The notes below the pieces were generated by a model, which was not told where the DNA came from, did not search any database, and saw only the letters and a program-made list of their open reading frames with translations. Shown here in pieces: positions 18,881-26,959 of a stretch of DNA of 64,000 nucleotides. The stretch covers positions 27,394 through 91,393 of the forward strand of contig DASYVT010000215.1 in the NCBI GenBank assembly GCA_035936835.1, in the 5' to 3' direction. The stretch comes from Candidatus Methylomirabilota bacterium (lineage in GTDB: Bacteria; Methylomirabilota; Methylomirabilia; Rokubacteriales; CSP1-6). The position numbers and the translations under genes are program-made. Position 1 is the first letter of the stretch, and each line of letters begins with the position of its first letter.

Positions 18881-19085
18881 GCCCCTCAGAGCCCGGGAAA
18901 TCATCCGAAAACTTGAACGGGCGGGTTTTGTGTACCGCCGGCAGAGCGGCAGCCACACCAGATACGTTCATCCAGACGGCCGTGGAGTCACTGTCCCGAT
19001 GCATCCCGGCGACGTTCCCGTTCCAGTCCTGCGCTCGATCCTTCGTCAGGCCGGCCTGAGCGTCGAGAACTGGGAAACCCTGTAA
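18870..19085 (+). CDS. hicA: HicA family toxin (YcfA-like mRNA interferase)
   Basis: 71 aa with [37 protein letters not shown]. It overlaps hicB by 11 nt. Confidence 0.75.
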   Translation: MPLRPLRAREIIRKLERAGFVYRRQSGSHTRYVHPDGRGVTVPMHPGDVPVPVLRSILRQAGLSVENWETL

Positions 19086-19095
19086 GCGCGACCAA

Positions 19096-19180
19096 CCGGA
19101 GTCCCTCTCCCCCGCCGAGGGGGAGAGGGACTCCCCCAGTACCCTCGCCCCCGAAGGGGGAGAGGGCAGGGTGAGGGGGC
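19096..19180. repeat. Two tandem G-rich palindromic units (REP-like) in a convergent intergenic region, a possible bidirectional terminator
   Basis: GTCCCTCTCCCCCgccgaGGGGGAGAGGGAC and CCCTCGCCCCCgaaGGGGGAGAGGGCAGGGTGAGGGGG lie between the hicA 3' end and the Gfo/Idh/MocA 3' end. Confidence 0.5.
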
Positions 19181-19181
19181 T

Positions 19182-20369
19182 CTAGTCCGCCAGATACGGC
19201 GCCAGGTCCACGCGCCGCCCCTCCGCGGCCGAGAGGTACGCGCCGTAGATGACCGCGATCACGTCGCGGGCCAGCGCGGCGCCCGAGAGCGGCTCGCGGC
19301 CGTGCGCGATGGCCTCCACGAAGTCCTGAATTTCTTGAGGATAGCCGGACATCCAGTCCTCGTCGGGCTGGGGCGCGCTCCAGCCCGCCTTGGTCTCGAG
19401 CTTCTCGACGAGATACTCGTCGCCGAACACGGCCGCGTCGGGCGCATAGGCCTGGACCGCGTCGTTCGGATTGATATTGCACAAGACGACGGCGCGCGCC
19501 GCGTACACGGCCAACTGGTTCCGGATGCCGCCCAGCACGGTGTCGCCGCCTGTGATCTGCGCCACGGTGCCGTCGTCAAACGTGAGGAGCAGCGTGCCCC
19601 AGTCCTCCACGTCCGCGCCGGCCACAGTATTAAGGAAGGGCCGCCCAGCCGCCGTGAACACGTCCGTCTCCGTGAGCTGGGCGGTCTCGGCCATGACGGC
19701 GCGCGGGCGCACGGGCCGGCCGCGGAGCCGGCGACCTTCGTCGGCCTTGAGGTAGAGCGCGGCGCCGAGCGGATGGCATCCCTTGCCGATGAGCGAGCCG
19801 CCCCCGCCCGTCTCCCAGCGCTTGTTGATGGGCGCGTGCGTCCCGCCATGGCTTTCCTCGCCGACGATCCGAAGAATGGGACCCCCCGCGGCGGTGAGCA
19901 GGCGCCGCGCCCGCTGGATGGGCGGGGCGTAGACCCAGTTCTCCGCGTAGCAGAGCCGGACGCCTGCCTGACGGCAGGCGGCGAGGATCTCGTCACTGGC
20001 AGCGAGGGCGCGGCGGAGCATCTCCGCGCGCGGGGTCGCGGCCGGGGCGAAGCAGCCCGTGAGCGGCTTCTCGACGATCACGTGCTTGCCGGCCCGTGCC
20101 GCCGCAATGGCCAGCGGCGCGTGGAGCGACGTCGGCACGCAGAGGTCGACTACGTCCACGTCGGGCGCGGCGAGCACCTCTTCGGCGCTGGCCGCAACCG
20201 TGGTGACGCCAAACTCCTCGGCGAACCGCGCGGCCCGCTCCGGCCGGGCTGCCGCGACCCGCGTGAGCGCCACGTCCACGCCGCGGACCTGATGATAGGC
20301 CTCGGCGTGCAGACGCGCGGAGAAACCGGCGCCGATGAATCCAACACGAAGCGTCCTAGGCTCGTCCAC
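19182..20369 (-). CDS. Gfo/Idh/MocA family NAD(P)-dependent oxidoreductase
   Basis: Rossmann N-terminus LRVGFIGAGFSARLHAEAY. The GTG start is 6 nt after the DUF2075 stop, so it looks co-transcribed. Confidence 0.8.
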   Translation of the reverse strand: MDEPRTLRVGFIGAGFSARLHAEAYHQVRGVDVALTRVAAARPERAARFAEEFGVTTVAASAEEVLAAPDVDVVDLCVPTSLHAPLAIAAARAGKHVIVEKPLTGCFAPAATPRAEMLRRALAASDEILAACRQAGVRLCYAENWVYAPPIQRARRLLTAAGGPILRIVGEESHGGTHAPINKRWETGGGGSLIGKGCHPLGAALYLKADEGRRLRGRPVRPRAVMAETAQLTETDVFTAAGRPFLNTVAGADVEDWGTLLLTFDDGTVAQITGGDTVLGGIRNQLAVYAARAVVLCNINPNDAVQAYAPDAAVFGDEYLVEKLETKAGWSAPQPDEDWMSGYPQEIQDFVEAIAHGREPLSGAALARDVIAVIYGAYLSAAEGRRVDLAPYLAD

Positions 20370-20375
20370 GGCCTA

Positions 20376-22439
20376 TTAGATCAGGGACATCCCGGAGCGG
20401 CTAAGATAGTCGAACGTCTGGTCGTAGTAGACGGGATCCCTCGTTGGATCCTCGCTATCGCCCCACGGCACGACCACCACCATGCCCTGCCGAGCCCGGG
20501 TCAGTAGGACCCGATAAGCATTCTTCAGGTACCTCTTCCTCTCATTCGCAAGGATGCGCTGCCAGCCGTTGCCGCGAAATGACCAGTGCTGCCAGCCTTC
20601 GGGCGTGAAGCGGAAATCCGCATCCCACACCACGCAAGCCCAGTCCAGCTCCAGGCCCTGGATATGGAATTCGGTGGCGACGTCTTCCAGATAGTAGGAC
20701 GAGCGAACATCGTCCTTGCCGTCGAGGAACCAGTGCACGGGATTGACGGGAGTCTTGACGTCCAGCGCATGCGGTTTCAAGCGTTCAGCCTGAGAGGATA
20801 CCACGATGCCGTACCGTTCTGAACCCCGAGCCTTGCCGCGGAGCCATTTCCGGGCCTTGTTCAGGTCCCGGGTCAGCGCGATCGGGTAGCGCTCCTGCAC
20901 GTGCCGGAGGGTCTCGCGGGCCGCACCGAGCTCCAGGTCCAGAAGCTCCTTGACCAACTTCGACACGTTCTCGCTCCGAAACGATCGAATCGACGTGGCT
21001 AGGTGAAGATCCGATTTGAACTCCACGTGCGCCCGGTGTCGCAGGGCTTCGACGATCGGACCTGCTCCGTACTCGCTATCTACGAGTCGGTCGGACACGT
21101 AGATCCTCCAGTCCGGATAGGATTGATCCAGCGCATTCAGCCACTCGCTGATCCCTGCCTCGCCGGTATTTATCTCCTGACCGCCCCCCACGAGACAGAT
21201 GACCACCGCCCAGTCCTCGTGCCGGTCGAGGCAGGAGATCAGGAACTCGGGTTCGGACTGGTTGAAGTTCGGACGGCCCTTCTTGCGCTTCATGAAGTCG
21301 CCCGTCTGTTTCAGGGTCCAGGCACGCTGGGCTTCGTCAAAAATAGCGACGTGTTCGATCGGAGGCTTCTCCGCGTCGACGAGGCATTCGTCCCGAAAGT
21401 GATGGACGTTCTGGACGAATGCGCGGACCTCGCTCAACGCCGTGCCCTTGCGTACGACCCGGCCCCGGAGCCGCTCCTGACGGACCTTGTCCCGGGCTAG
21501 GGCCTCCTGCAGGATCTCCACAAGGGGCCCGTTGCCCGACAGGAACACACTGTAGAGCTCATCTCGATGGTCGATGTGCTTCGTGGCCGCGTCAAGGCCG
21601 ACCAGTGTCTTGCCCGCTCCGGGGACGCCGGTCACGAAGCAGATGGCCTTCTGCGAGCGAGCCTTCGTCGCCGCGATGATAGAGGCGACGGTGCCCGCAG
21701 TCTTGCTGAGATTGGTGGCGCCTGCGTCACTCCGTGAGATCTCGCTGACCGAATGCCCACGATAGAGCGCCAACGTCGCTTCGATAATCGTTGGTGTGGG
21801 CTTGTAGCCGCTCTCCTCCCATTGTTCGATCCGGATTTCCGGCGACCCAACGAGACTCAGGATTCCCTCGATGGCCGCCGCCAAGCCATCGGAGTTCGTC
21901 CGCGCCGCCTCGAACAAACGATCCGAGGGGCGCGTGTCCGGAATACGCTGATGATCTCGACGGGCCCGCGTGCAGATCAGCACGGGGGCGATGTATGCGT
22001 CGTGGCTGCCTTCATGGAAGTTGTGGAGATCCAGGGCGTAGTCTACGACCTGATCTACGTCCTGGGACGAAAAGGCTTGTTCCCCGACCTTGAACTCGAG
22101 GACGAAGATAACCGGTCCGATGATGACAAGCGCATCGATTCGGCGACCCATGCGGGGAATGGTGAACTCTAGGTAGAGCGCGCCTTGACGGCCCGCCAGA
22201 ACGCGCTTGAGGATTTCGGCCTGCTCGAGCCATGCGTCCCGCTGGGTTCCCGTCAGGTCGAAATCGTTCCGCCGCGCCATTCGCGCAAAAATCTCGTTTA
22301 GGTCGGCCGCACAGAACTCCGTGATCGTGCCCGAGTAGTAGGACCGTTGTGCTGCCGCGCGAAGCGAAGAACTCTTCACGGAGGAGAAGTATAGTCTAGG
22401 GCGAGCGTCGTCGCGCATATCGAACCAGTTCTGCTTCAA
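20376..22439 (-). CDS. DUF2075 family protein: N-terminal PD-(D/E)xK-like nuclease domain plus SF1-helicase-like P-loop ATPase (Schlafen-like)
   Basis: A nuclease-like [20 protein letters not shown] block at the N-terminus, Walker A GVPGAGKT, Walker B-like [10 protein letters not shown], and a C-terminal [15 protein letters not shown]. Confidence 0.8.
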   Translation of the reverse strand: MKQNWFDMRDDARPRLYFSSVKSSSLRAAAQRSYYSGTITEFCAADLNEIFARMARRNDFDLTGTQRDAWLEQAEILKRVLAGRQGALYLEFTIPRMGRRIDALVIIGPVIFVLEFKVGEQAFSSQDVDQVVDYALDLHNFHEGSHDAYIAPVLICTRARRDHQRIPDTRPSDRLFEAARTNSDGLAAAIEGILSLVGSPEIRIEQWEESGYKPTPTIIEATLALYRGHSVSEISRSDAGATNLSKTAGTVASIIAATKARSQKAICFVTGVPGAGKTLVGLDAATKHIDHRDELYSVFLSGNGPLVEILQEALARDKVRQERLRGRVVRKGTALSEVRAFVQNVHHFRDECLVDAEKPPIEHVAIFDEAQRAWTLKQTGDFMKRKKGRPNFNQSEPEFLISCLDRHEDWAVVICLVGGGQEINTGEAGISEWLNALDQSYPDWRIYVSDRLVDSEYGAGPIVEALRHRAHVEFKSDLHLATSIRSFRSENVSKLVKELLDLELGAARETLRHVQERYPIALTRDLNKARKWLRGKARGSERYGIVVSSQAERLKPHALDVKTPVNPVHWFLDGKDDVRSSYYLEDVATEFHIQGLELDWACVVWDADFRFTPEGWQHWSFRGNGWQRILANERKRYLKNAYRVLLTRARQGMVVVVPWGDSEDPTRDPVYYDQTFDYLSRSGMSLI

Positions 22440-22493
22440 CTCGGCCTCGGTGAAGAACTGGAACGACCCCTCGCTGGTGGTCAGCCATCTGCT

Positions 22494-23414
22494 CTAGCCA
22501 CGGAACACCGTGTCGGCGTGCCATTCGAGCAGCTCGCGCCTGGGGCGCTCATCAGCCCCTCGCGGCACCCAGATGGTGCTGCCGTCTAGCTGATAGTAGT
22601 GCTCGCCGTTGTCGAAGTCCTTCTTGAGCCGGCGGCTGACACGGAACCGAAGGTCGGGCGCGATGGTCACGTACCCGCGATCGTAGAGCGTATGGACGTC
22701 GGAGCGGAGCAGTAACCCGTTGCTGACGCTGTGTGGTCCACCTTCGGCAACCGGCTGGATATGCGCGGCCTCAAGGACGGGCAAGGCCTTCTCGCGTGTC
22801 ACCGCGCACCGCCGCTCATACGTGTCGGTGACGAGCACGCGGAACGCACCCTGCCCCAGCCGCTGCCACACCGGGACGACTCGGCCCTGCACGGGCCCCT
22901 CAGGTTCGGCGCTAGCGGACGCTCGAGTGAAACGATAGCGCTCGAGCGCAGCTTCCCACAGCTGACGGCCCGTGCCTGATTCGAGATCGTATGTCTTGCC
23001 CTGGACAATGTTCCGGCTGAAATCAGCCGGGGCTGGGATCCAGTCACGCTCACGGAAGAAGAAGGGCTCTTGCAGGATGATGCAGCCGATCGTGTACTGC
23101 GCATGCGGACCCACGGGTGCCCGGCGATACTTGTCAATCCGCCGGCACATCTCGGGATACGAGGGCGCCCCGTTCTTCTGGTCGAACGCGTCCCAGGCAA
23201 TGCTGGCATCAAGCAGCGAGGCATGCGTGAAGAAGCCTCCGCCGGCAATGACGTTCTCTGGGTAGTGGAGCTTGAACAGGAAGGGTTCGCCGGGCTTGAG
23301 CGTTCCGAACAACCGGTTGCCGCCGGGCTGCCAAAAGTTCACCTCGTCCAGATCGGGGCGGTCCCGCAGGAAGCGGTACCAGTCCCGGTCCGTGACGGCA
23401 ACGTAAGCGCGCAC
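22494..23414 (-). CDS. HNH endonuclease (COG3440-like predicted restriction endonuclease) with an unassigned N-terminal domain of about 170 aa
   Basis: C-terminal HNH motif RCAVTREKALPVLEAAHIQPVAEGGPHSVSNGLLLRSDVHTLYDRGYVT. The N-terminus MRAYVAVTDRDWYRFL...NFWQP...FKLHYPENVIAGGGFF may be a PUA/EVE-like beta-barrel. Confidence 0.8.
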   Translation of the reverse strand: MRAYVAVTDRDWYRFLRDRPDLDEVNFWQPGGNRLFGTLKPGEPFLFKLHYPENVIAGGGFFTHASLLDASIAWDAFDQKNGAPSYPEMCRRIDKYRRAPVGPHAQYTIGCIILQEPFFFRERDWIPAPADFSRNIVQGKTYDLESGTGRQLWEAALERYRFTRASASAEPEGPVQGRVVPVWQRLGQGAFRVLVTDTYERRCAVTREKALPVLEAAHIQPVAEGGPHSVSNGLLLRSDVHTLYDRGYVTIAPDLRFRVSRRLKKDFDNGEHYYQLDGSTIWVPRGADERPRRELLEWHADTVFRG

Positions 23415-23433
23415 GGGCGGGAGTCTAGCAGAG

Positions 23434-23760
23434 TCAGGCTTGTTCCACGCTCTGCGCCGCCACCAGCACGGTCATGTTCAGGATGCGGTTCTGCTTGGCG
23501 CCCACCAGCTGCTCGCCGTCCAGGAGCAGCAGGGGCAGGTCCCCCAGGTTGGCCACCCGGAGGTCGGGCACGGAGCCCTCCTCGTCCACCTCCGTGATGC
23601 GTACGCGGTCCCCGGCCTCGGCCAGGGTGACCCACTCGGGCTCCGTCTGCATGGGCGCCAGGATTGGGATCACGGTCAGCGCGCCGTGGCGCTGGGGCTG
23701 GCCGGCCAGGATGCTGCCGAGGGTCTTCGCGATGATCTCGACGTCGGCGACTGTGGGCAT
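23434..23760 (-). CDS. Hypothetical small protein (108 aa), first gene of the HNH-DUF2075 operon
   Basis: MPTVADVEIIAKTLGS...DLPLLLLDGEQLVGAKQNRILNMTVL. An AGGAGG RBS sits 7 nt upstream. It ends 19 nt before the HNH gene. Confidence 0.5.
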   Translation of the reverse strand: MPTVADVEIIAKTLGSILAGQPQRHGALTVIPILAPMQTEPEWVTLAEAGDRVRITEVDEEGSVPDLRVANLGDLPLLLLDGEQLVGAKQNRILNMTVLVAAQSVEQA

Positions 23761-23829
23761 GTAGGGCCTCCTATTAGTAGAGGGCGCTGCGCGGTCTCTG
23801 GACCCGGACAGCCAGTGTGTATCCGTGCT

Positions 23830-23900
23830 GTGACAGGGAGGGTCACGGCCTGTGAGGGGACTTTTCGCTGCCGCCGGGTGGCTGTGACCCCGGCTGTCAC
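23830..23900. promoter_or_regulatory. Two GTGAC-N7-GTCAC palindromes in the 370 bp divergent intergenic region (putative operator sites)
   Basis: GTGACagggaggGTCAC and GTGACcccggctGTCAC lie about 54 bp apart, between the minus-strand operon start (23760) and the plus-strand DUF6883 start (24133). Confidence 0.3.
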
Positions 23901-24132
23901 GGCGGAGGCGGTAGGGAGACGGAAACGAAGCGAGGCAGGCCAGCTCGCCAACCGGCTCCTCAGTCTTTCGGAGAACGCTTCCCGGCCCGGCGAGTGGTCG
24001 TGAGTCTGCTGAGGCGGGTGTATCCAATTCGAGGCATTGGATCGCCACGGCTCGAGTGCTACAGGGAAGTACATCAGCGACGGTGCGAGGGACGCCAAGC
24101 GATGAAGTTGGTCAGGTACGAGGCTCGAGCGC

Positions 24133-24474
24133 ATGCAGATTCCGAATGCGGATCGTGCTGTCATCGACCCGGCGAAGCTTCATGGGTACTTGCTTTCACG
24201 CAACCATCCGGTCGGCCGGTTCAAGGCGGCATTCTTTCTGACACTCGGATACTCGCCGGAGGGCTGGCGCCAGCTCGAGGCGGACCTTCGGGGCCAGCAC
24301 CTGCCTCAGGATGCCGCGCGCGGGGAGGAGACGCGGTATGGGCAAAAATACGCGATCCGCGCTACACTGGTTGGGCCATCGGGGAGCTGGGCGGACGTGG
24401 TGAGCGTCTGGGTCGTGCGTACAGGCGAGGAGTTCCCTAGATTCCTGACTGCCTATCCGGAGGGCGGCAGATGA
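24133..24474 (+). CDS. DUF6883 domain protein (putative toxin-like component)
   Basis: C-terminal SWADVVSVWVVRTGEEFPRFLTAYP, characteristic of DUF6883. Confidence 0.7.
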   Translation: MQIPNADRAVIDPAKLHGYLLSRNHPVGRFKAAFFLTLGYSPEGWRQLEADLRGQHLPQDAARGEETRYGQKYAIRATLVGPSGSWADVVSVWVVRTGEEFPRFLTAYPEGGR

Positions 24475-24704
24475 GTTACCAGGTTCTCGATACCATCGTT
24501 CTCGATCGTGACCTACCTCAGCACGGGTTGCGCAAGGGCGATCTCGGCTCGGTGGTGGAAGTCTACGAGGCCGATGGGCTCGAGGTCGAGTTTGTAACCG
24601 CGTCCGGGCGAAGCGCGGCGCTGTTGACGCTGAACGACCGGGACGTGCGCCCGGTGTCAGATGACGACTTGGTATCTGTCAGACCCTGCCATCGCTCGGC
24701 TTGA
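24471..24704 (+). CDS. DUF4926 domain protein (putative antitoxin-like partner)
   Basis: MSYQVLDTIVLDRDLPQHGLRKGDLGSVVEVYEADGLEVEF pattern. Its start overlaps the DUF6883 gene by 4 nt. Confidence 0.7.
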   Translation: MSYQVLDTIVLDRDLPQHGLRKGDLGSVVEVYEADGLEVEFVTASGRSAALLTLNDRDVRPVSDDDLVSVRPCHRSA

Positions 24705-24742
24705 GCCGGCCGAGCCCTGGGCTTCCGGCAAAGGCGGCGGCC

Positions 24743-24970
24743 ATGGAATGCGTGATTTGTAAGCGCGGCGAGACCCGCCCGGGCATTGCTACGGTCACCG
24801 TAAAGCACGACTCCACGGTCTTGGTGATCAAGGGAGTTCCCGCCGACGTCTGCGCCAACTGCGGTGAAGAGTACGTCGGTGAAGCCACGACGGCGCACCT
24901 GTTGCGCACCGCTGAAGAGGTGTCGCGGGCGGGCGTTGAGGTAGACGTGCGCGAGTACGTGGGGCCGTGA
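24743..24970 (+). CDS. YgiT-type zinc finger protein (MqsA N-terminal-like zinc ribbon, no HTH)
   Basis: MECVICKRGETRPGIATVTVKHDSTVLVIKGVPADVCANCGEEYV, with CxxC...CxxC. Confidence 0.65.
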   Translation: MECVICKRGETRPGIATVTVKHDSTVLVIKGVPADVCANCGEEYVGEATTAHLLRTAEEVSRAGVEVDVREYVGP

Positions 24971-25040
24971 ATCTATAATTGCATTAGTTCTGCACTTGAC
25001 GCGCAAGGCCCGCCTGTTAGACTCTGCCAGTACTTCCTCC

Positions 25041-25084
25041 CCGTTCGATATGCCGAAAGGCCTCGGGCGGGGTTATTTTCTTCT
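25041..25084 (+). terminator. Weak putative intrinsic terminator: short GAAA-tetraloop hairpin followed by a T-rich run
   Basis: GCCgaaaGGCctcgggcggggTTATTTTCTTCT lies downstream of the YgiT-like gene. It is weak for a high-GC genome. Confidence 0.2.
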
Positions 25085-25162
25085 GACCGTGCCTCCCGCC
25101 AATACCCGCTGACCCTGCAATCGCTCGTTTCGCTCTTCTTCAGCGCAACCCTTGACCAGCAC

Positions 25163-25495
25163 TCAACCGCGCGCAACCGCATGGGGGGAATGGCGGCGTT
25201 GCCTACTCTTCCAATGCCGAAGCGTGCGCAGTGTCTTGAGGGTCTTCCCCACCTTCCCCTCGGCGAGACGCAGGTCGTAGAGGGTTTGCAGGTTGAGCCA
25301 GAACTCGGGGTTCGTGTGGAAGAAATGACCGAGGCGTAGCGCGGTATCGCCGGTAATGGCCCGCCGGCCATTGAGGATCCCGGTTACGCGATTGGTCGGC
25401 ACATTCAGCTGGCGTGCGAGCTCGGCAGCGCTCATGTGGAGCGCCTTCAGTTCTTCGGCGAGATGCTCGCCAGGGGGGATTGCCATGCGTGCCAT
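25163..25495 (-). CDS. higA: HigA family antitoxin (XRE-type HTH)
   Basis: PPGEHLAEELKALHMSAAELARQLNVPTNRVTGILNGRRAITGDTALRLGHFFHTNPEFWLNLQTLYDL. Confidence 0.75.
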   Translation of the reverse strand: MARMAIPPGEHLAEELKALHMSAAELARQLNVPTNRVTGILNGRRAITGDTALRLGHFFHTNPEFWLNLQTLYDLRLAEGKVGKTLKTLRTLRHWKSRQRRHSPHAVARG

Positions 25496-25505
25496 GTGTT
25501 TCTCC

Positions 25506-25790
25506 CTAGTGATAGTCCACGATTTCGACATTGACGGGCCCGGCCGAACCGTCTGGCCATTCGAAACATATCCGCCATTGGTCGTTGATGCGAATGCTGT
25601 ACTGGCCCTCTCGGTCGCCGCTCAGCGCCTCGAAACGGTTGCCCGGTAACCCAGCAACGTCCTTGAGTGCCGTAGCCGCCTCGAGACGGTCGAGCTTGAG
25701 CTGCGCGGACCGCTCAATCGCGGAGAACGCCTTGACTCGCCTGCCGGCGGCGAAGGCCCTGGTTCGTTTGTCTCGATACCCGAGGATCAC
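25506..25790 (-). CDS. higB: HigB family toxin (RelE-fold killer protein)
   Basis: GNRFEALSGDREGQYSIRINDQWRICFEWPDGSAGPVNVEIVDYH. It uses a GTG start. Confidence 0.8.
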   Translation of the reverse strand: MILGYRDKRTRAFAAGRRVKAFSAIERSAQLKLDRLEAATALKDVAGLPGNRFEALSGDREGQYSIRINDQWRICFEWPDGSAGPVNVEIVDYH

Positions 25791-25843
25791 CTCGAAGGGT
25801 ATCGAGGAGTACGCGTTACGTCAAGCGTAACTATCGGGAGCTT

Positions 25844-25889
25844 GGGGTCCACGGCCCAAGTTTCTCCGCGCTCCCGCGTCTCGTCAATG
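25844..25889 (-). repeat. Repeat family copy 3: a 46 bp core plus a remnant of the ORF N-terminus, just upstream of higB
   Basis: GGGGTCCACGGCCCAAGTTTCTCCGCGCTCCCGCGTCTCGTCAATG. Minus-strand translation gives PPRPQVYPRSDIDETRERGETWAVDPKL, which aligns with copy 1 PPRPQLPREPYWDIDKVRERGETWAVDPEL. Confidence 0.5.
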
Positions 25890-26074
25890 TCGCTGCGCGG
25901 ATACACCTGCGGCCGCGGCGTTCGGCAGGTCCTCTGCTGAGGAGGTTGTCCTCAACCGCCCTGCTACGAGCAGCGGCCCAAAAGAGCCGGACCTGCGCTC
26001 TGCGTGTTCGCTACAATTGGGCCCCTCCGCCGGCTGATCGTCAGGCCGCGAGGCGGGGACAAGGAGAGCCGACT

Positions 26075-26959
26075 ATGGCCCGCTATCTGAAGATCGCCGC
26101 AGCCCAGATGGGCCCGAACCAGGAGGGCGCGAGCCGCGACGAGATCGTCGAGCGCATGCTCGCCCTGCTTGCCGATGCCGTTCACCAAGGCGTCGAGCTG
26201 ATCGCGTATCCCGAGATGGCGCTGACCACCTACTTCCCGAAGCGTATCCGGAAAGACTTCGACCAGTTCTTCGAGACGGAGGTTCCTCCCAAGGCCCTCG
26301 AGCCCCTGCTCCGGCGCGCGGCCGAGGCCCGCGTGGCGGTCCACGTGGGCTTCTGCGAGAAGGCGGACGGGAAGTACTTCAACACCGCCCTCCTCACCGA
26401 CCGCGATGGCCGGCTCTGCGGCACGTTCCGGAAGATCCACCTGCCCGGCACGAAGGCGGCGGACGGTTTCGCGCAGGTGTACGAGCCCTACTACTTCGAG
26501 CACGGCGACACCGGCTACAAGGTCTTCGAGGCGTGCGGCGCGAAGGTCGGTATCGCGATCTGCCAGGACCGGCGCTATCCGGAGAGCTACCGGTGCCTGG
26601 CTCTCCAGGGCGCCGAGGTCATCCTGATCGGCTACAACACCCCGCTCTCGGCGCTGGCGCTCGACCTCAACGAGCTCTGCCTGCGCTCCGGCGCGTACGC
26701 GAACGCGTGCTTCGTGGTGGGCATCGCCAAGGCCGGCGTGGAGGACGGCGTCGAGCTGATCGGCGGCAGCTGCATCGTGAACCCGCTCGGCCAGGTGATG
26801 GCCAAGGCGACGACGACCGGCGACGAGCTCGTGATCGCCCGCCTGGACCTCGACCAGATGGCGCCCGTCCGCAAGCGGTGGAACTTCCTCGGCCGGCGGC
26901 AGCCCCAGCACTACGCGGCCGTGCTCACGCCCGTGACCGAGAAGGAGCCGCACCGATGA
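26075..26959 (+). CDS. N-carbamoyl-D-amino-acid hydrolase (D-carbamoylase, CN-hydrolase family)
   Basis: E-K-C triad context (YPEMALTTYFP, GIAICQDRRYPE). An AGGAGAG RBS precedes it. Confidence 0.8.
   Translation: MARYLKIAAAQMGPNQEGASRDEIVERMLALLADAVHQGVELIAYPEMALTTYFPKRIRKDFDQFFETEVPPKALEPLLRRAAEARVAVHVGFCEKADGKYFNTALLTDRDGRLCGTFRKIHLPGTKAADGFAQVYEPYYFEHGDTGYKVFEACGAKVGIAICQDRRYPESYRCLALQGAEVILIGYNTPLSALALDLNELCLRSGAYANACFVVGIAKAGVEDGVELIGGSCIVNPLGQVMAKATTTGDELVIARLDLDQMAPVRKRWNFLGRRQPQHYAAVLTPVTEKEPHR

Noticed and set aside
18093-19180. Possible CRISPR array suggested by recurring GGGGGAGAGGG palindromes
   Set aside because: The units are inverted repeats with irregular spacing (400, 600 and 40 bp) and no uniform direct repeats or spacers. 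No cas genes are present. They are REP-like palindromes.
11908-25889. Integron cassette array, with the repeats acting as attC sites
   Set aside because: There is no intI integrase or attI in the window. The repeats are about 310 bp and protein-coding, not 60-140 bp imperfect palindromes. This was kept only as a remote possibility.
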